DNA from: Cyanophora paradoxa CCMP329
Taxonomy: Eukaryota; Plantae; Glaucophyta
Direction: 5' to 3'
Length of the DNA: 64,000 bases
Assembly: GCA_004431415.1 (NCBI GenBank)
Contig: QPMI01000507.1
Location: forward strand, 124,001-188,000
Shown: positions 1-11,086 of the stretch, one piece after another
How positions within the stretch are numbered: position 1 is the stretch's first letter
How the letters are laid out: every line of letters starts with the position of its first letter
Position numbers and translations under genes: made by a program
The notes under the pieces: model-generated
Seen by the model: only the letters and a program-made list of their open reading frames with translations
Told to the model about the DNA's origin: nothing
Database searches by the model: none

Positions 1-233
1 TCGAGCTGGAGGTCGATCTCGCGCCCGGACGCCCTGCGGAAGTGGCGGCGGCGGTGGCGGCCGCCCCGCCCCGCAGCCTCACCCTCGTCGTCGATCTGTA
101 CAAGATAGACACGCTGAAAGCGGCCGTCGCTGCGCTAGACGGCCTCTCCGCCTTCGCCGGCTGCTCCGCGGGGAGCATCGAGGTCCGCGTCCTCCCCCGA
201 GGCGTGCTGCCCTCGACGCGCCCTACGACCTAG
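1..233 (+). CDS. 3' end of a hypothetical protein entering from the left
   Basis: Open frame from the window start (ELEVDLAPG...LTLVVDLYKIDTLKAAVAAL...) to TAG at 231-233; no family recognised. Confidence 0.4.
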   Translation, partial: ELEVDLAPGRPAEVAAAVAAAPPRSLTLVVDLYKIDTLKAAVAALDGLSAFAGCSAGSIEVRVLPRGVLPSTRPTT

Positions 234-471
234 GCCTCCCTCAGGTCCGCCTCGAATACTACGGCGATCGCGAGGGTGTGTGGGGCGCCGTGCGGGAGGC
301 TGTGGCCCGCGCACTCCCCACGGCCCGCCTCGTGGACTGAATTCGAAGATTTCTAGATCTGTGGCCCCGCGGCCGGCCCGGCGGCTCCCCCGGCGGGGGT
401 CAGATGGTGGGCAGGGCTGCCGGAGGGCTCCGACCCCGAGCTCGAGCGGCCCGGGGAGAGGAGGCGGGGGG

Positions 472-2481
472 CTAGCGGTAGGCGATGGCGGCGAGGCGGG
501 CGATGGTGCGCTCGTGGGCCATGCCCCGGCTCGCGAGGCGCTCCAGCTCCCCCACCACCTTGTCCACCAGCCGCTCCGTCCTGCGCGCCAGGGGAGCGTC
601 AGACGCGCGGGGGAGGGCGGGGGCGGGGCGGGGCGGGGCGCGCTTGTCGAGGCGCGCGGCGGCCTCGCCGGCGTCGATGGCGGCGTTGGCGGCGCGGCCC
701 TCGGCGGCCCCGCAGCGCCGCTCGAGCCCCGCGAGCCGCCGCTCGATCGCCTCGAACTGCTCCGCGATCAGGTCCAGGTCCTCCGGCTGCAGCGCGCGTC
801 AGGCTCTCTTCTCCGAGCGTCCTCGGAGGCGAGGGCGCGCACCGTGAGGAGCGGCTCGGCGGCCGGGGCGCCGGCCGGCTCGGGCCCCGTGCTCCGGTTC
901 CGCCGCCCGCGCTCCGCCGCCGCCGCGAGCGCCGCCGTGCCCCGCCGCACCCCCGCCGGCTGCATCTGCGTCAGGAAGCGAAGGGAGGAGGGACGGGAGG
1001 GGGCGCGCCGTCTTCGGGGAGAGGGCCGCCGCGGCGCTCGCGGGGCTCACGCTGCGCCCCGCCGGACGGGGGGCGCCGGCTGCGGGGGCAGGGGCGGCGC
1101 TCGGGTGGGACTGGAGGGCGAGAGGAGCCCCGCAGGGGCCCCTCGCGGTAGGGCGGGCGGGGCGGCGGCGGAGGGGGCCGCGAGGGCGGCGGGATCGGCG
1201 GAGAGGGCGGGAGCCGGAGCACGGGAGGGGTGGGGGCGGGGGCGCCGGCGGGGGCGGGGGCGGAGGATGAAACAGAGAGGGCGCTGCGGTGGGCGCGGGC
1301 GGAGGCGGAGCGGTGGGTGGGTACGAGGAAGTCGGGGCGGGGCGCCCAGGGTACGCCTACGCCGGCGACGGCGGCGGCGAGTGGCCAGAGGGACGAGGAG
1401 CGGCGGTACCAGCGGGGGCCGCGCGGCCCCTCGGACCCTCCCGGCTCCTGCGCCGCCGGAACCTCGGGCACGTCCGGCGGGGCCGAGCTGGGCCGCGGCG
1501 GGGCCGCCTCTGCTCCCGCGGGCGCCCCGGAGGCGGCGGCGAGGGCGGCGAGGGCCCCTCGAGTGCCTCCACGCGCGCCGCCAGCGCTCGCTCGCCCCCG
1601 GCGGCTGCGGCCTCCAGCTCCCGCCTGCCGCCCTCGGAGGCGGCGCGCGCCGGGGCCTCCTCCAGCCGCCCCTCGAGCCTCGCGATCTGCCGAGGGCGGA
1701 GGTCAGCCGGGGCACGAGCCGGGGGAGGACGGGGGTGGGACGGAGCGGACCGCCTCAGACACGCGCTGCAGCTCTTCCCTCGCCACAGCGCACTCGCATG
1801 CGCGCTCCCGGGGCGGCGACCGGCGCCGCGGCGTGGGCTTTTCCTGCGAGGCAGAGCGGGTTCGGACAGGGGCGCCGCGCAATGGGAAGTACGACGCGGG
1901 CGCACCGGCGCGGGCGGAGGCGGCGGGGCGGCGGCGGCGGAGGCGTCGGGGGAGGGGCGGAGGAGCGCCGCGAGGGACGCCTCGAGGCGGGAGAGGCGCT
2001 CCTCGACGGAGGGCGACGTCGGCAGGTCGCACTGCCCCCGCCAGAGCGCCCGCGCGCATCAGAGGCGCCGGCGGCCCAGTCTGGCGCGCCCCGCGGGCCC
2101 GGGGGCGCACGGAGGAGAGCGACGAGGACTCCCGCGGGCTCCAGCTGCAGTCCTGCGCCCGGGCCTGCGCTCGGGCCTGCGTCTCCCGCTCGAAGCCGCG
2201 CAGCTGCGAACAGAGGCTGGAAGGTCAGAAGCCGCGCGGCACGAACGGAATCAAGCTTGCGTTTCCGAGGCGCTCACGTCAGAACTTGTTTGGAGGGCCA
2301 GCCAGCGAGCGCGCGTTGTGTCTACGGCCAGGAGCGTCTGCAGGCGGCTCTGAAGCTGGTCTTTGACCTCAAGCGTCGGCAGCGACAGGCGCTTCCGCGG
2401 CCGGGCGACCATGGCTTGCTCTGGTTCGATGAGCTGAGAGCTGGAGGACTGAGGCGAGAGCGTGTGGTACACCGACGCCAT
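472..2481 (-). CDS. Multi-exon hypothetical coiled-coil protein
   Basis: Starts MASVYHTLSPQ at 2481. Exons encode heptad-like segments (IARLEGRLEEAPARAASEGGRRELE; DLDLIAEQFEAIERRLAGLERR). Ends ...MAHERTIARLAAIAYR* at 472. The 5' part is duplicated at 33.8-34.8 kb. Confidence 0.6.
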
Positions 2482-2927
2482 CGCGCGTGCCTAGACTACC
2501 TGGGCCGGCTCGCTGAAGCCGGCGGCCGCTCTCTTTCTCGCTCAAGCAAGAGCGCCGGCGAGGTCGCTCGGAGGAGTCGGAGCTCGATGTCGCTCATCCT
2601 TAATCGAGCTCTTGGAGCAGTACGCTTTATACGCATGAGCGCGGAAGGCAGAACTGGACGGTCTCGAATTGAAAACCCGTCGGGGAGGGTACGGGCACCA
2701 ACTTCGTGACGCTCGCGAGCCAAGGCGCGCTAGCGCTGGCTTCGTCTTTCGTCCACGCGGCCGCGAGCGCCGGTCTAGCTACGAGCCTCGGGCGCTCCGT
2801 CGCTCGCAGCAGCCGCCTCCTCGCTCCACTCCCTTTGATCCCCAACGCGCCTCCAGCCGTCTCAGCACCTGCAGAGCGCTGCTTCGTGGTCCAAGCGCGT
2901 CGGTTCGAGCATAGAAGTCCGAGCACG

Positions 2928-5900
2928 ATGTCCGGCCGAGGTGGCGGAGGGCGAGGCCGTGGCTGGTACTACAAGGCGTGTCCGAGCGCGCGCGCAAGCG
3001 CCTTCGAAGCTCATTTGAGCTCTACAGATGAAGTACGGCGGCGGGGGGCGGAAGCGGGAGAACGAGAACGACGGCGACGAGTTCGAGCGCCCAGCGCCGG
3101 CGCGCGGCGGTGCGGATCGGCAGGCCGACGCCGGCGACGCGGATGCGATGAAAGGTGAGCTCTTCTTATCCCGCTCCGTCGCCGCAGGAGGGCGCTGCTG
3201 CCCGCCGCGCCGCTGCTTGCAGTTGACGCGTGCGGGCCCCCGGGTGCCCCCGCAGAAGAAATCACCGCAACCTCGGCCGCCGGGGCTCCGCAGGCGCGAG
3301 CGGCCAAACGCGGTTCATGGCCGCAGCTGCGCCGGCCACCGATCGCCGCGCGCAGGCGCAGTACACGAGCGCGCAGCTGCGGGACTTCCTCCTTTCGATC
3401 GACGGGAAGAGCTACCCGTTCTACAAGGACATCATCGGTACCCGCAGCACCCCTACCATGTACCCCTCTATCCCCTGCCCTGACCGGGGGCGGCCAGCCT
3501 CGTACGGGTTCCCGCAGGGGTACACGCTGCACGTGGTGGCCGTGCAGTCCGACCCCTTCGCCCCGCCCAGCCGCGTCCGCGTCACCGTACCCGTGCGTCC
3601 CGTCCCCCGCTGCAGCGCTCCGCACCCGACGGGGGAGCGAACGCGAAGGCGTCGGTGGCGGGGTACCCCCCCGAGGCCTACTCGTCGGGCCCGCGGCGGG
3701 TCGCGCTGGGCGATTACATCACGCGGCGCTTCCACCAGCTGCTCCAGCAGGGCCGGCACGATCAGGCCGCCCGCGGCGGTGCGGCGGGCTCGCGCATGTC
3801 CTTCCCCCCTCGGGGCCCTCCGAGCGGCTAGCCCCCTGCAGGCGGCTGGCACGGGAGCAAGGGCGGCGACATGCAGATCGACGCCCCCGGGCAGCACGGT
3901 GCCTGCATCCCATTCCGGCCCGCTGCCCCCGCGCCCCTTCCACCCCGCCCACGGGCCCCTGCCGGCAGTGCTGCAGCGGACCTCGTGCGCGGTCTCCGCC
4001 GCCGGCGACGTCGACCTGCGCTTCACGATTGCCCTCCCCGCCCAGGGTCCGTCATTCCCTTACGGCCGAGATCTCTTTCGTGCTAAGGGGCACGCAGGGC
4101 GGTCGATTCTGGGGCGGCGGGCGGCGGCGGCGCTGACGGAGGCGCTGCCGGCGCTGGTGGCCGAGGCCGTCCCCCACGCCCGCCAGGCGCCCGCCCCTCC
4201 CCTCCCGCCCGGCGACACGGCTCCATTCTGAACGCTCTCTCTCCGTGCGGGGGCAGGACGCCGCCGCCGTGCTGCGGCACGTAGTCTCCGTGGAGGACCA
4301 GGAGGAGCTGCGCGCCTCCCTCCCCGCACACGGTGCCCCGCCCGCGCTCGGCCCAGGACGCGGGTCGGACCCCGGCTCACGGGGGCGGGGCAGGGCTCGT
4401 GGCGTTCGTGCGGGACGGGTCGGTCCTCCCGCGCCGCTCGGGCGTCGACGACCGGCCCATGGAGGCCGCCGCCGCCGTCCCCTTCCGGCCCGCCCCCGCC
4501 CTCCTCTCGCCGCCGTTCTCGGCCTGATCTGATGCGCTGCGCAGGAGCCCCCCCGAGCTGAAGGTGCACGAGCGTCGCCGGTGCCGCACGCCCCGGCCCC
4601 CGCCCCCGCCGACGCTGGCCCGCCCTGCAGCGGACGATGCGGCTCAAGAGCGGGGCGACGATCACGGGCATGGCGCGCGCTGCGGGCCCCGCTCCTCCGG
4701 CGCCGGGCTGACGTGCGGCGGGCAGGGCATCCCGGAGGGCATCACCCTCATCGTCGGCGGGGGCTTCCACGGCGCGCCCCGCCTCCCCGCGCCTCGCCTC
4801 CCGCCTCGAGCTCCCGAGCGACTGCTGACGCCGGCTCTCGCGGGCGGCAGGCAAGTCGACACTGCTGGAGGCGCTGCAGGTCGGCGTCTACAACCACGTC
4901 CCCGGCGACGGTGCGTGCGGGGCGGAGGCCGCCGGCGCCCGCCCGCCCGCCCCCCTCCCCTCCCCTCCCGACCCCCTCCCGCAGGGCGCGAGTTCGTGGT
5001 GTGCGACGCCTCCGCCGTCAAGATCCGCGCCGAGGCACCCGAGCCCCCCCGCGCTCTGCCCCCCGCCGGCGCCCCGCTGATGACGGGGGGCGGCAGGACG
5101 GGCGGCGGGTGGAGGGCGTGGACATCTCCGCCTTCATCAACAACCTGCCCCAGGGCCGCGGGTGCCCGAGCCCGGCCGCCCCCGCCCGCCCCGCCCGAGC
5201 GAGCGAGCCGGGGGGCCTCGGGGGGCCAGCACGCGCGAGTTCCGCAGCGAGGACGCGTCGGGCTCCACCTCGCAGGCCGCCGCCATCCTCGAGGCCCTCG
5301 AGGCCCGCCCGCCCCCTCCCGCCCGCTCCCCGAGCCACGCGCGTCCAGATCCGAGCCGCCGCGGGCGCAGGCCGGCGCGCGGGTGCTCCTCATCGACGAG
5401 GACACGAGCGCCACCAACTTCATGATCCGGTGCCCCTCCCCCCGGGGGGCTCGCCACCCCTGCCCCTGACGGGCACCCCCGTGCGGTGCAGCGACGCGCG
5501 CATGCAGGCGCTCGTCGCGCCCCGCGACGAGCCCATCACCGTGCGGGCCCCCCGCCCGCCCGCCCGCGCCGCCGCCCCTCACCTCACCTCGCGCTCGCGC
5601 TCGCCCCGGCAGCCCTTCCTGCACAAGGTCGCCTGCGCGCGCCTCGCTTACCAAAGCCGGGGGCGGGGCCTGAGCGCGGGCGGCGGGGGCGGGGCAGGTG
5701 CGGGCGATGCGGCGGGAGCGGGGCGCCTCGACCATCCTCGTCGTCGGCGGCTCCGGCGACTACTTTGAGGCCCGCGCCCCGCCCCGCCCCGCCCGGCGTG
5801 GCGCGCAGCAGCCTCAACGCGGCCGGCGGGCAGGTGGCGGACACTGTGATCGCGATGCACGACTACGCCCCGCGGGACGCCACCGCCGACGCCCGCCGCA

Positions 5901-6799
5901 TCGTCGCCGAGACCGGCGGCGGGCCGGCCGGCCCCGGCCCCTCCCCGGTGCCCCGCCCCCGCCCCCGCGCCTCTGCCCGCCCGCCCCCTCCTCACTTGCC
6001 CGGCAGACCTGCCTTTCGGGCGGGTGGCGGAGCGGTGCCCGAGCATCCCGCGGCCGCGCGAGGGCGGGCGCGAGAAGGCGCGCCCCCGCGCCACCCCACA
6101 GCCCTGCAAAGAGCCGCAGCGGCTGACGGGGGCGCAGGTGAAGGTGACGGACATCGATTGCATCTCCTTCGGCTTCGGGCCCGAGGCGCGCCCCGCCCCC
6201 GCCGCCCCCCGCCCCGCCGCCCCTCATCGCCGGCCCCCCGCGCAGGCGGCGCTGGAGCTGGGCGCCCTCGAGCAGCTCGTCGAGCAGTCGCAGACGCGCG
6301 CCATCGCCGACGCCATCCGTGCGCCCGCTCCCATCGCCAGCGCTCGCGGGGGGCGGGGAGGGATGCCTGGGGCGTCGCTCGAGCCCCTGCGCATGCGCCC
6401 CCCTTCTTCGCGTACGGCGGGGGCCTGACCGTCGGACGGGGCGCAGTGCACCTGCGGGAGAGCGTGCTGCCGGCCGCGCCGGGCTGCACGGTGCGGGCCG
6501 CCCTGGACGCGCTGGAGGCGGCGATGGAGGGCGCGCGGGGCCTGGACGCCCTCTCGCGGGCGCCGCACCCGGGGGCCCTCGCCCGGCCCCGCCGCGCCGA
6601 GCTCGCCGCCGCCCTCAACCGCCTCCGCTCCCTCCGCGCCTCCCAGCGCCCGGCCCCGAGCCCGGCGACGGCCCCCGCGGAGACGCCCGCCCCGCCCCGC
6701 CCGACCGCCCCCGCCCCGCCAGCGCCGCCGCCCCCCGCAGGTAGTGCCAGCCACGATCGAGTTGATATGTTCGAATTCGCGTATGCAGTCATCAGGTAA
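2928..6799 (+). CDS. ABC_ATPase-family (PF09818, MRB1590-like) ATPase with RGG-rich N-terminus, ~24 introns
   Basis: Spliced motifs: IDGKSYPFYKDIIG, VQSDPFAPPSR, GITLIVGGGFH|GKSTLLEAL (Walker A), DASGSTSQAA, LLIDEDTSATNFMIRD (Walker B), GGSGDYFE|VAD, LEQLVEQSQTRAI, RAELAAALNRLR. The last exon is uncertain. Confidence 0.9.
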
Positions 6800-6844
6800 G
6801 GGATCGATGCCTATCTACAGCTGCGTCCAGATCCGCCTGCCTGG

Positions 6845-8366
6845 CTAGAGGGGGTTGCTCTTGGGGGTGCCGGGAAGGCGGGGGTACTTTGCCGGCGTCG
6901 GCTTGACCTTCTCGATCACGACGAGCATCCGCCCGTCGGCCTCCGACGCCTTGACCAGGCCCGGCACCTGCGCGCCGCTCCCGTGAGAGGGGCCCCGCGG
7001 GTCCGGCAGGGGAAGCTTAAAGGCGAAGGGAAGGGGCGGGTTGTGCGCCCAGAGGAAAGAGCACGAGCCGAGGGGTACGGCGCGCGCCCTAGTAATGGGC
7101 CCTACTCAATCTGCCCCAGCTATATGGCCCAGGCCGACAGAAGCGGCGCGGGGGAAACAGCGGGGCGCTCGGACCAAGAGAGTCGAACCAGGGGGCATCG
7201 GAAAAGGTGAGGGGTACGCGAACCTCGAGGGGCCGGACCTCGCGGAGGGCGCCGCCGAGGAGCTCGAGGGCTCGCTTCGCCGCGTCGATCTCGCCCTCCG
7301 CCTTCCTCGTCTTCTGCGCGAGGAAGAAGCCGCCCTGCGCGCGCCCCGGGTCACGCTGGGGCGGGCGGCGGGCGGGCGGGGTGGGGCGGGGCCGTGGGGG
7401 CGCACGGGGCGGACGAAGGGGAGGCAGAGCTCGGCGAGGGTGCGGAGCGGGGCGACGGCGCGGGCGACGGCGACGTCGTAGTACTCGCGGTGGCGCTCCT
7501 CGTGGGCGCAGTCCTCGGCGCGGCCCCAGAGGGTGCGCGCGTTCTTCAGCTTCGCCGCCGCGATCACCCCGTCCAGGAACGCCGTCTTCTTCTTCGTCGC
7601 CTCCAGGAGCGCCACGCTGCACCTCGGCCGCGCGATCGCCAGCGCCACGCCCGGCAGGCCGCCCCCTGCAGGCACAGGCGCGTCAGGCCGGCCCGGGCGC
7701 GCGCGGGCCGAGCGAGGGGGCACCTGTTCCCACGTCGATGACGCGGAGCGGCCCCTCCTCCGGAGGCGGTATGAGCTCGTCGATCGCCGGGAGGAGCGTG
7801 AGCGAGTCGGAGAAGTGCAGCACGTAAACCTGCTCGGCGGGTGAGCCGCGACCCCTCGCGCAGTCGGACGATAATGGCGAAGGGCGAACCCCGTCGATCT
7901 CCTTGATTGCTGTGACGTTCGTGGGGGATGCCAGCATCATGTCGCCGTAGAGAGCGAATTGCTTGGCCTGCTGCTCCGAGACGCCGAACTCCTTCACCAG
8001 GTCAATCCCCCCGGGACTCGCGGCGGATGCCTTGGCTACGCTGCCGGTTGGCCTGCCCTCCGGAGCGCCTGAGGATGCGGGAACGATCGCGATCGGCCGG
8101 ACGAGGCGGTGCCCGCAGAAGAACGACCCCAGCGCAGGTGCGAAGCCCCGCCGCGCGATGGTACACCCCTGTACCGAGATCGAGGAGCCCGCAGGCGTGC
8201 GAGGAGGCTCGGAAGGCGCGCGACACGCCAGCAGAGCCGATCGCGGCTGATCGCCGCATGGATCGAGCGGCGCGCGTGCAGAGATTGCTGCTCTCGCCAC
8301 CGCGACGCCCCTGCAGCTGGGGCGAGCGGGGATGACCAGGGAGCAGAAGGCCGGGCGGGCCATCAT
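6845..8366 (-). CDS. rsmG: 16S rRNA m7G527 methyltransferase RsmG/GidB, probably organelle (plastid)-targeted
   Basis: Motifs HFSDSL, VIDVGTG|GGLPG, LEATKKKTAFL, GRAEDCAH, YDVAVARAVAPLRTLAELCLPFV and terminal KPTPAKYPRLPGTPKSNPL*. The Ser/Ala/Arg-rich N-terminal extension starts MMARPAF. Confidence 0.92.
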
Positions 8367-8409
8367 TCCGCAGGTGTACCCGTCTTCAGTCGCACCCCCC
8401 GAGCGAGCG

Positions 8410-8896
8410 ATGTCGATGCTCAAGGGCGTGCTGACGGGCTTGCTCCGCATGGCGGACTACCCGCGCAGCGGCAGGGGCGTCAGGACGGTCTGTCCCACCG
8501 TCTCGCGCCGCCCGCTGCCGCTCACGCGCGCCTCAGTCAAAGCGCGGGCCCGTTGGCTTCTACAAGGGCAAGGGCGCTCGCAACATCGGCTTCCACACGC
8601 GGAAAGGTGCCGGCTCGCCGTCACGCCGCCTCGCCGCGGTCGGCGCTTACGCGACACTGCGGGGCAGGTGGCTACATCGTGCAGGACTGGAAGATACCAG
8701 AGATCGTCGTTCCCGATCTCTCCAACTTCGAGGTTCGCCCCGCACCCCACCGCCGAACGCGGCTACACGTCTGAACCTCGCGTCGCGCGGCCCGCAGCTG
8801 AAGCCTTACGTGTATGAGGAGTACGAGACGGACGATCATGAGACGATAGAATCGCTTCAAAAGCGGGGCAAGGTTAAGAGCTCCGGATCCCGATGA
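8410..8896 (+). CDS. MRPL41: Mitochondrial ribosomal protein mL41 (MRP-L27 family)
   Basis: Four exons join to ...RT|SKRGPVGFYKGKGARNIGFHTRK|GGYIVQDWKIPEIVVPDLSNFE|LKPYV..., with three GT-AG introns. Confidence 0.9.
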
Positions 8897-10207
8897 CCCC
8901 CAGCTGCAAGTACTAGTGTCGGTGCCAGTAGCGAAATTACCTAGCGTAGCATAGTAGCTCCATTCGTAATTCGTAACAGTTTTTTAAATGGTGAAATGAG
9001 CTGTTCTCTCAGACTCTCACTGATTCACTAAGTTGGGCCGCTGCCAGGCCGCATCGCCGGCGCCCCGGCCCTCGCCGCCGGCCCCGCGGCCGGGCGGGTC
9101 CAGGCGCGCGCAGGCCGTCGGACGTCAAGTCTGTCGGACACCATCGCCGAATCAAAGCGTCATCCGGCCCCGCCCTGCGCGGCTCGCGCGAAGCGCGGCG
9201 CGCTGAGAGCACACATCGCCGACGTCGACCGATCTGCTCCTCGCTGCGTCCGGGCACTCGCCGAATCATCTCTGCCCCGGCTGCGCTCGCCCGGCCGCCC
9301 GGCGGCGGCGGCCCCTCGAGCTTTTCGAGGGCGCCCCTTAGGACCTTCGGTCGACGTCCGACGGTCTCGAGTCCCCGGGATCCCGGAGTCCCCCCGGCCC
9401 CCCCGCCGACTCGGCGAGTCGCTTCGAATTCTGCGGCCGCGTCGTCGCCGAGCCTCGAAACATCGCCATCGCACGCGTATGCGTAGGCCTGCAAGCTTTT
9501 AAGGCGAAGCTCGCCTGGGCCGCCGCCCCGGGCTGGGCCGCCCGTGGCCGCGGGGGCACTGCGGCAGCTGGCCCCGGGCCCAGTGGCAGGTCCTGTCTTG
9601 CGAGGCCCTGAGGTGATCATGAGCTGCTTATGATTACCTGCTGAGCCTCCGGGGCTCGCCCGAGCCTAAGGCCCTGCTAAGCCTCTCCCCCCCCTTCTCG
9701 GAGGGGGCCGGGTGATCATGACCTTGAAGCCTGAACTTCGGACTCCGGATCCAGGAAGGCCTCCCCGAGTCGGGCCGCGATAGCGCGCGCTGGCCGCCGG
9801 GCCCGGCCGCGGCCCCGCGGACGGAACTTCGAAATCGGCACCAATCGGTTACTGCAGCTGGGCCGCTAGCGCTAGCTATAGGCCAGCCTGTGCATGCGCA
9901 TGCTGTCGACCGTCGGACTCACTGATCATGAGTCACCGACTTAGCGAGTCATATGCATGATCCGATAATCAATATATATATAGGAGGCTGTCATGATGAA
10001 AGTGTTCGACTCGGCGACGTCGACGGTCCCCCCCCCCCCTCCCCCTCCCCGGCCCCCTGCGGGGGGCCTGCCAGGCCTATAGCTAGCTATATAGGCCCTG
10101 AGGCGAAGCGGAAGGCCCTGTGCCCGGCGGCGACGTGCACGGTGCCAGCCCGGGTCGGCGGCGACACAATGCATATGGGCCATGGCCAGGCCCGCCCCCG
10201 GCCCCCT

Positions 10208-10238
<31 letters not shown>

Positions 10239-11086
10239 CACGAAGGCCATGTAGCGCTGGGCCTCAGGGCCTCTGGCCATGGGCCAGGCCCACTCCACTC
10301 CTTCCGAAGTCCCGCCGACTCCCTCAGTGTCCAACTGGCCATGAGTGGTCCGGGCGCCCGGCGGGATCCGATGCCATGATGATCATCGGATCATGGACTC
10401 GAGGCCCGGGCCCTGAGGGTTCGACGGACTTCATGGCAGCGGACCACAAGGCCCTGAGGCTTAAGCTTCGAATCCACTGATCACGATCCGATGATCATGA
10501 GCTAGGGTGCTGATCATGCCATTCTATGATATGGTATATTGGGCACTGCCATTCTAGACATTGGATATGTACGAACTCCCTGTGGTCCACGAGAGACCCT
10601 GAATGAGACGCGGATGCTCTGAGAAATGAATGATACATCGACCGCCCTTCGAGCCGCCAAGCTCGCTCGAGGGGCGCTGGCACTGACGAAAACGGTGCGC
10701 TGGCACTGGGGAAAATGTGCAGAGATGTCATCTACAGCTATCTGTACTACGGTAGGAACCCTAAGGCCGACGCGGGCGCCCCGCAGGACCTGCGCCGCGA
10801 TCGGCAACCCAAATGCCCGACTACATAATACGAACTCGAAGATATGAATCATTCGCTGCCCTGGACTGCGGCACGCACGGATTGGCAGGGGAGGGCTCCT
10901 GTCAATGAACACTGCGGAAAGTTTTGCAACGAATAAACGATGCCAAAGCTAGAAGACGCCGACTTCAATGAAGCTAGAGCTGCTAGACAGAGGGAAACAC
11001 GCAACTGCAGGAAAGGATCGAAATACGAGAAAATGCAAGTATAGCGAAATGAAGAGAGGAGGGGGCGGAAAGGGCGCCGCGGGTGC

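Noticed and set aside
280-2709. 809-aa plus-strand ORF and the many other long Arg/Gly/Pro/Ala-rich ORFs (e.g. 41704-43749, 56361-58010)
   Set aside because: Stop-codon scarcity at very high GC. They are antisense or off-frame shadows of spliced genes and contain no motifs.
7176-7195. GGTTCGACTC (tRNA T-loop/B-box-like) on the minus strand in the rsmG intron
   Set aside because: No T-stem, acceptor stem or A box can be formed.
10205-10236. Long poly-C/poly-G runs (also ~16343-16366) as G-quadruplex elements
   Set aside because: Common in this composition, and homopolymer lengths are unreliable.
10495-10960. Short ORFs in a lower-GC segment (possible TE or pseudogene relic)
   Set aside because: Frames are interrupted by stops, and no transposase or RT motif is recognisable.
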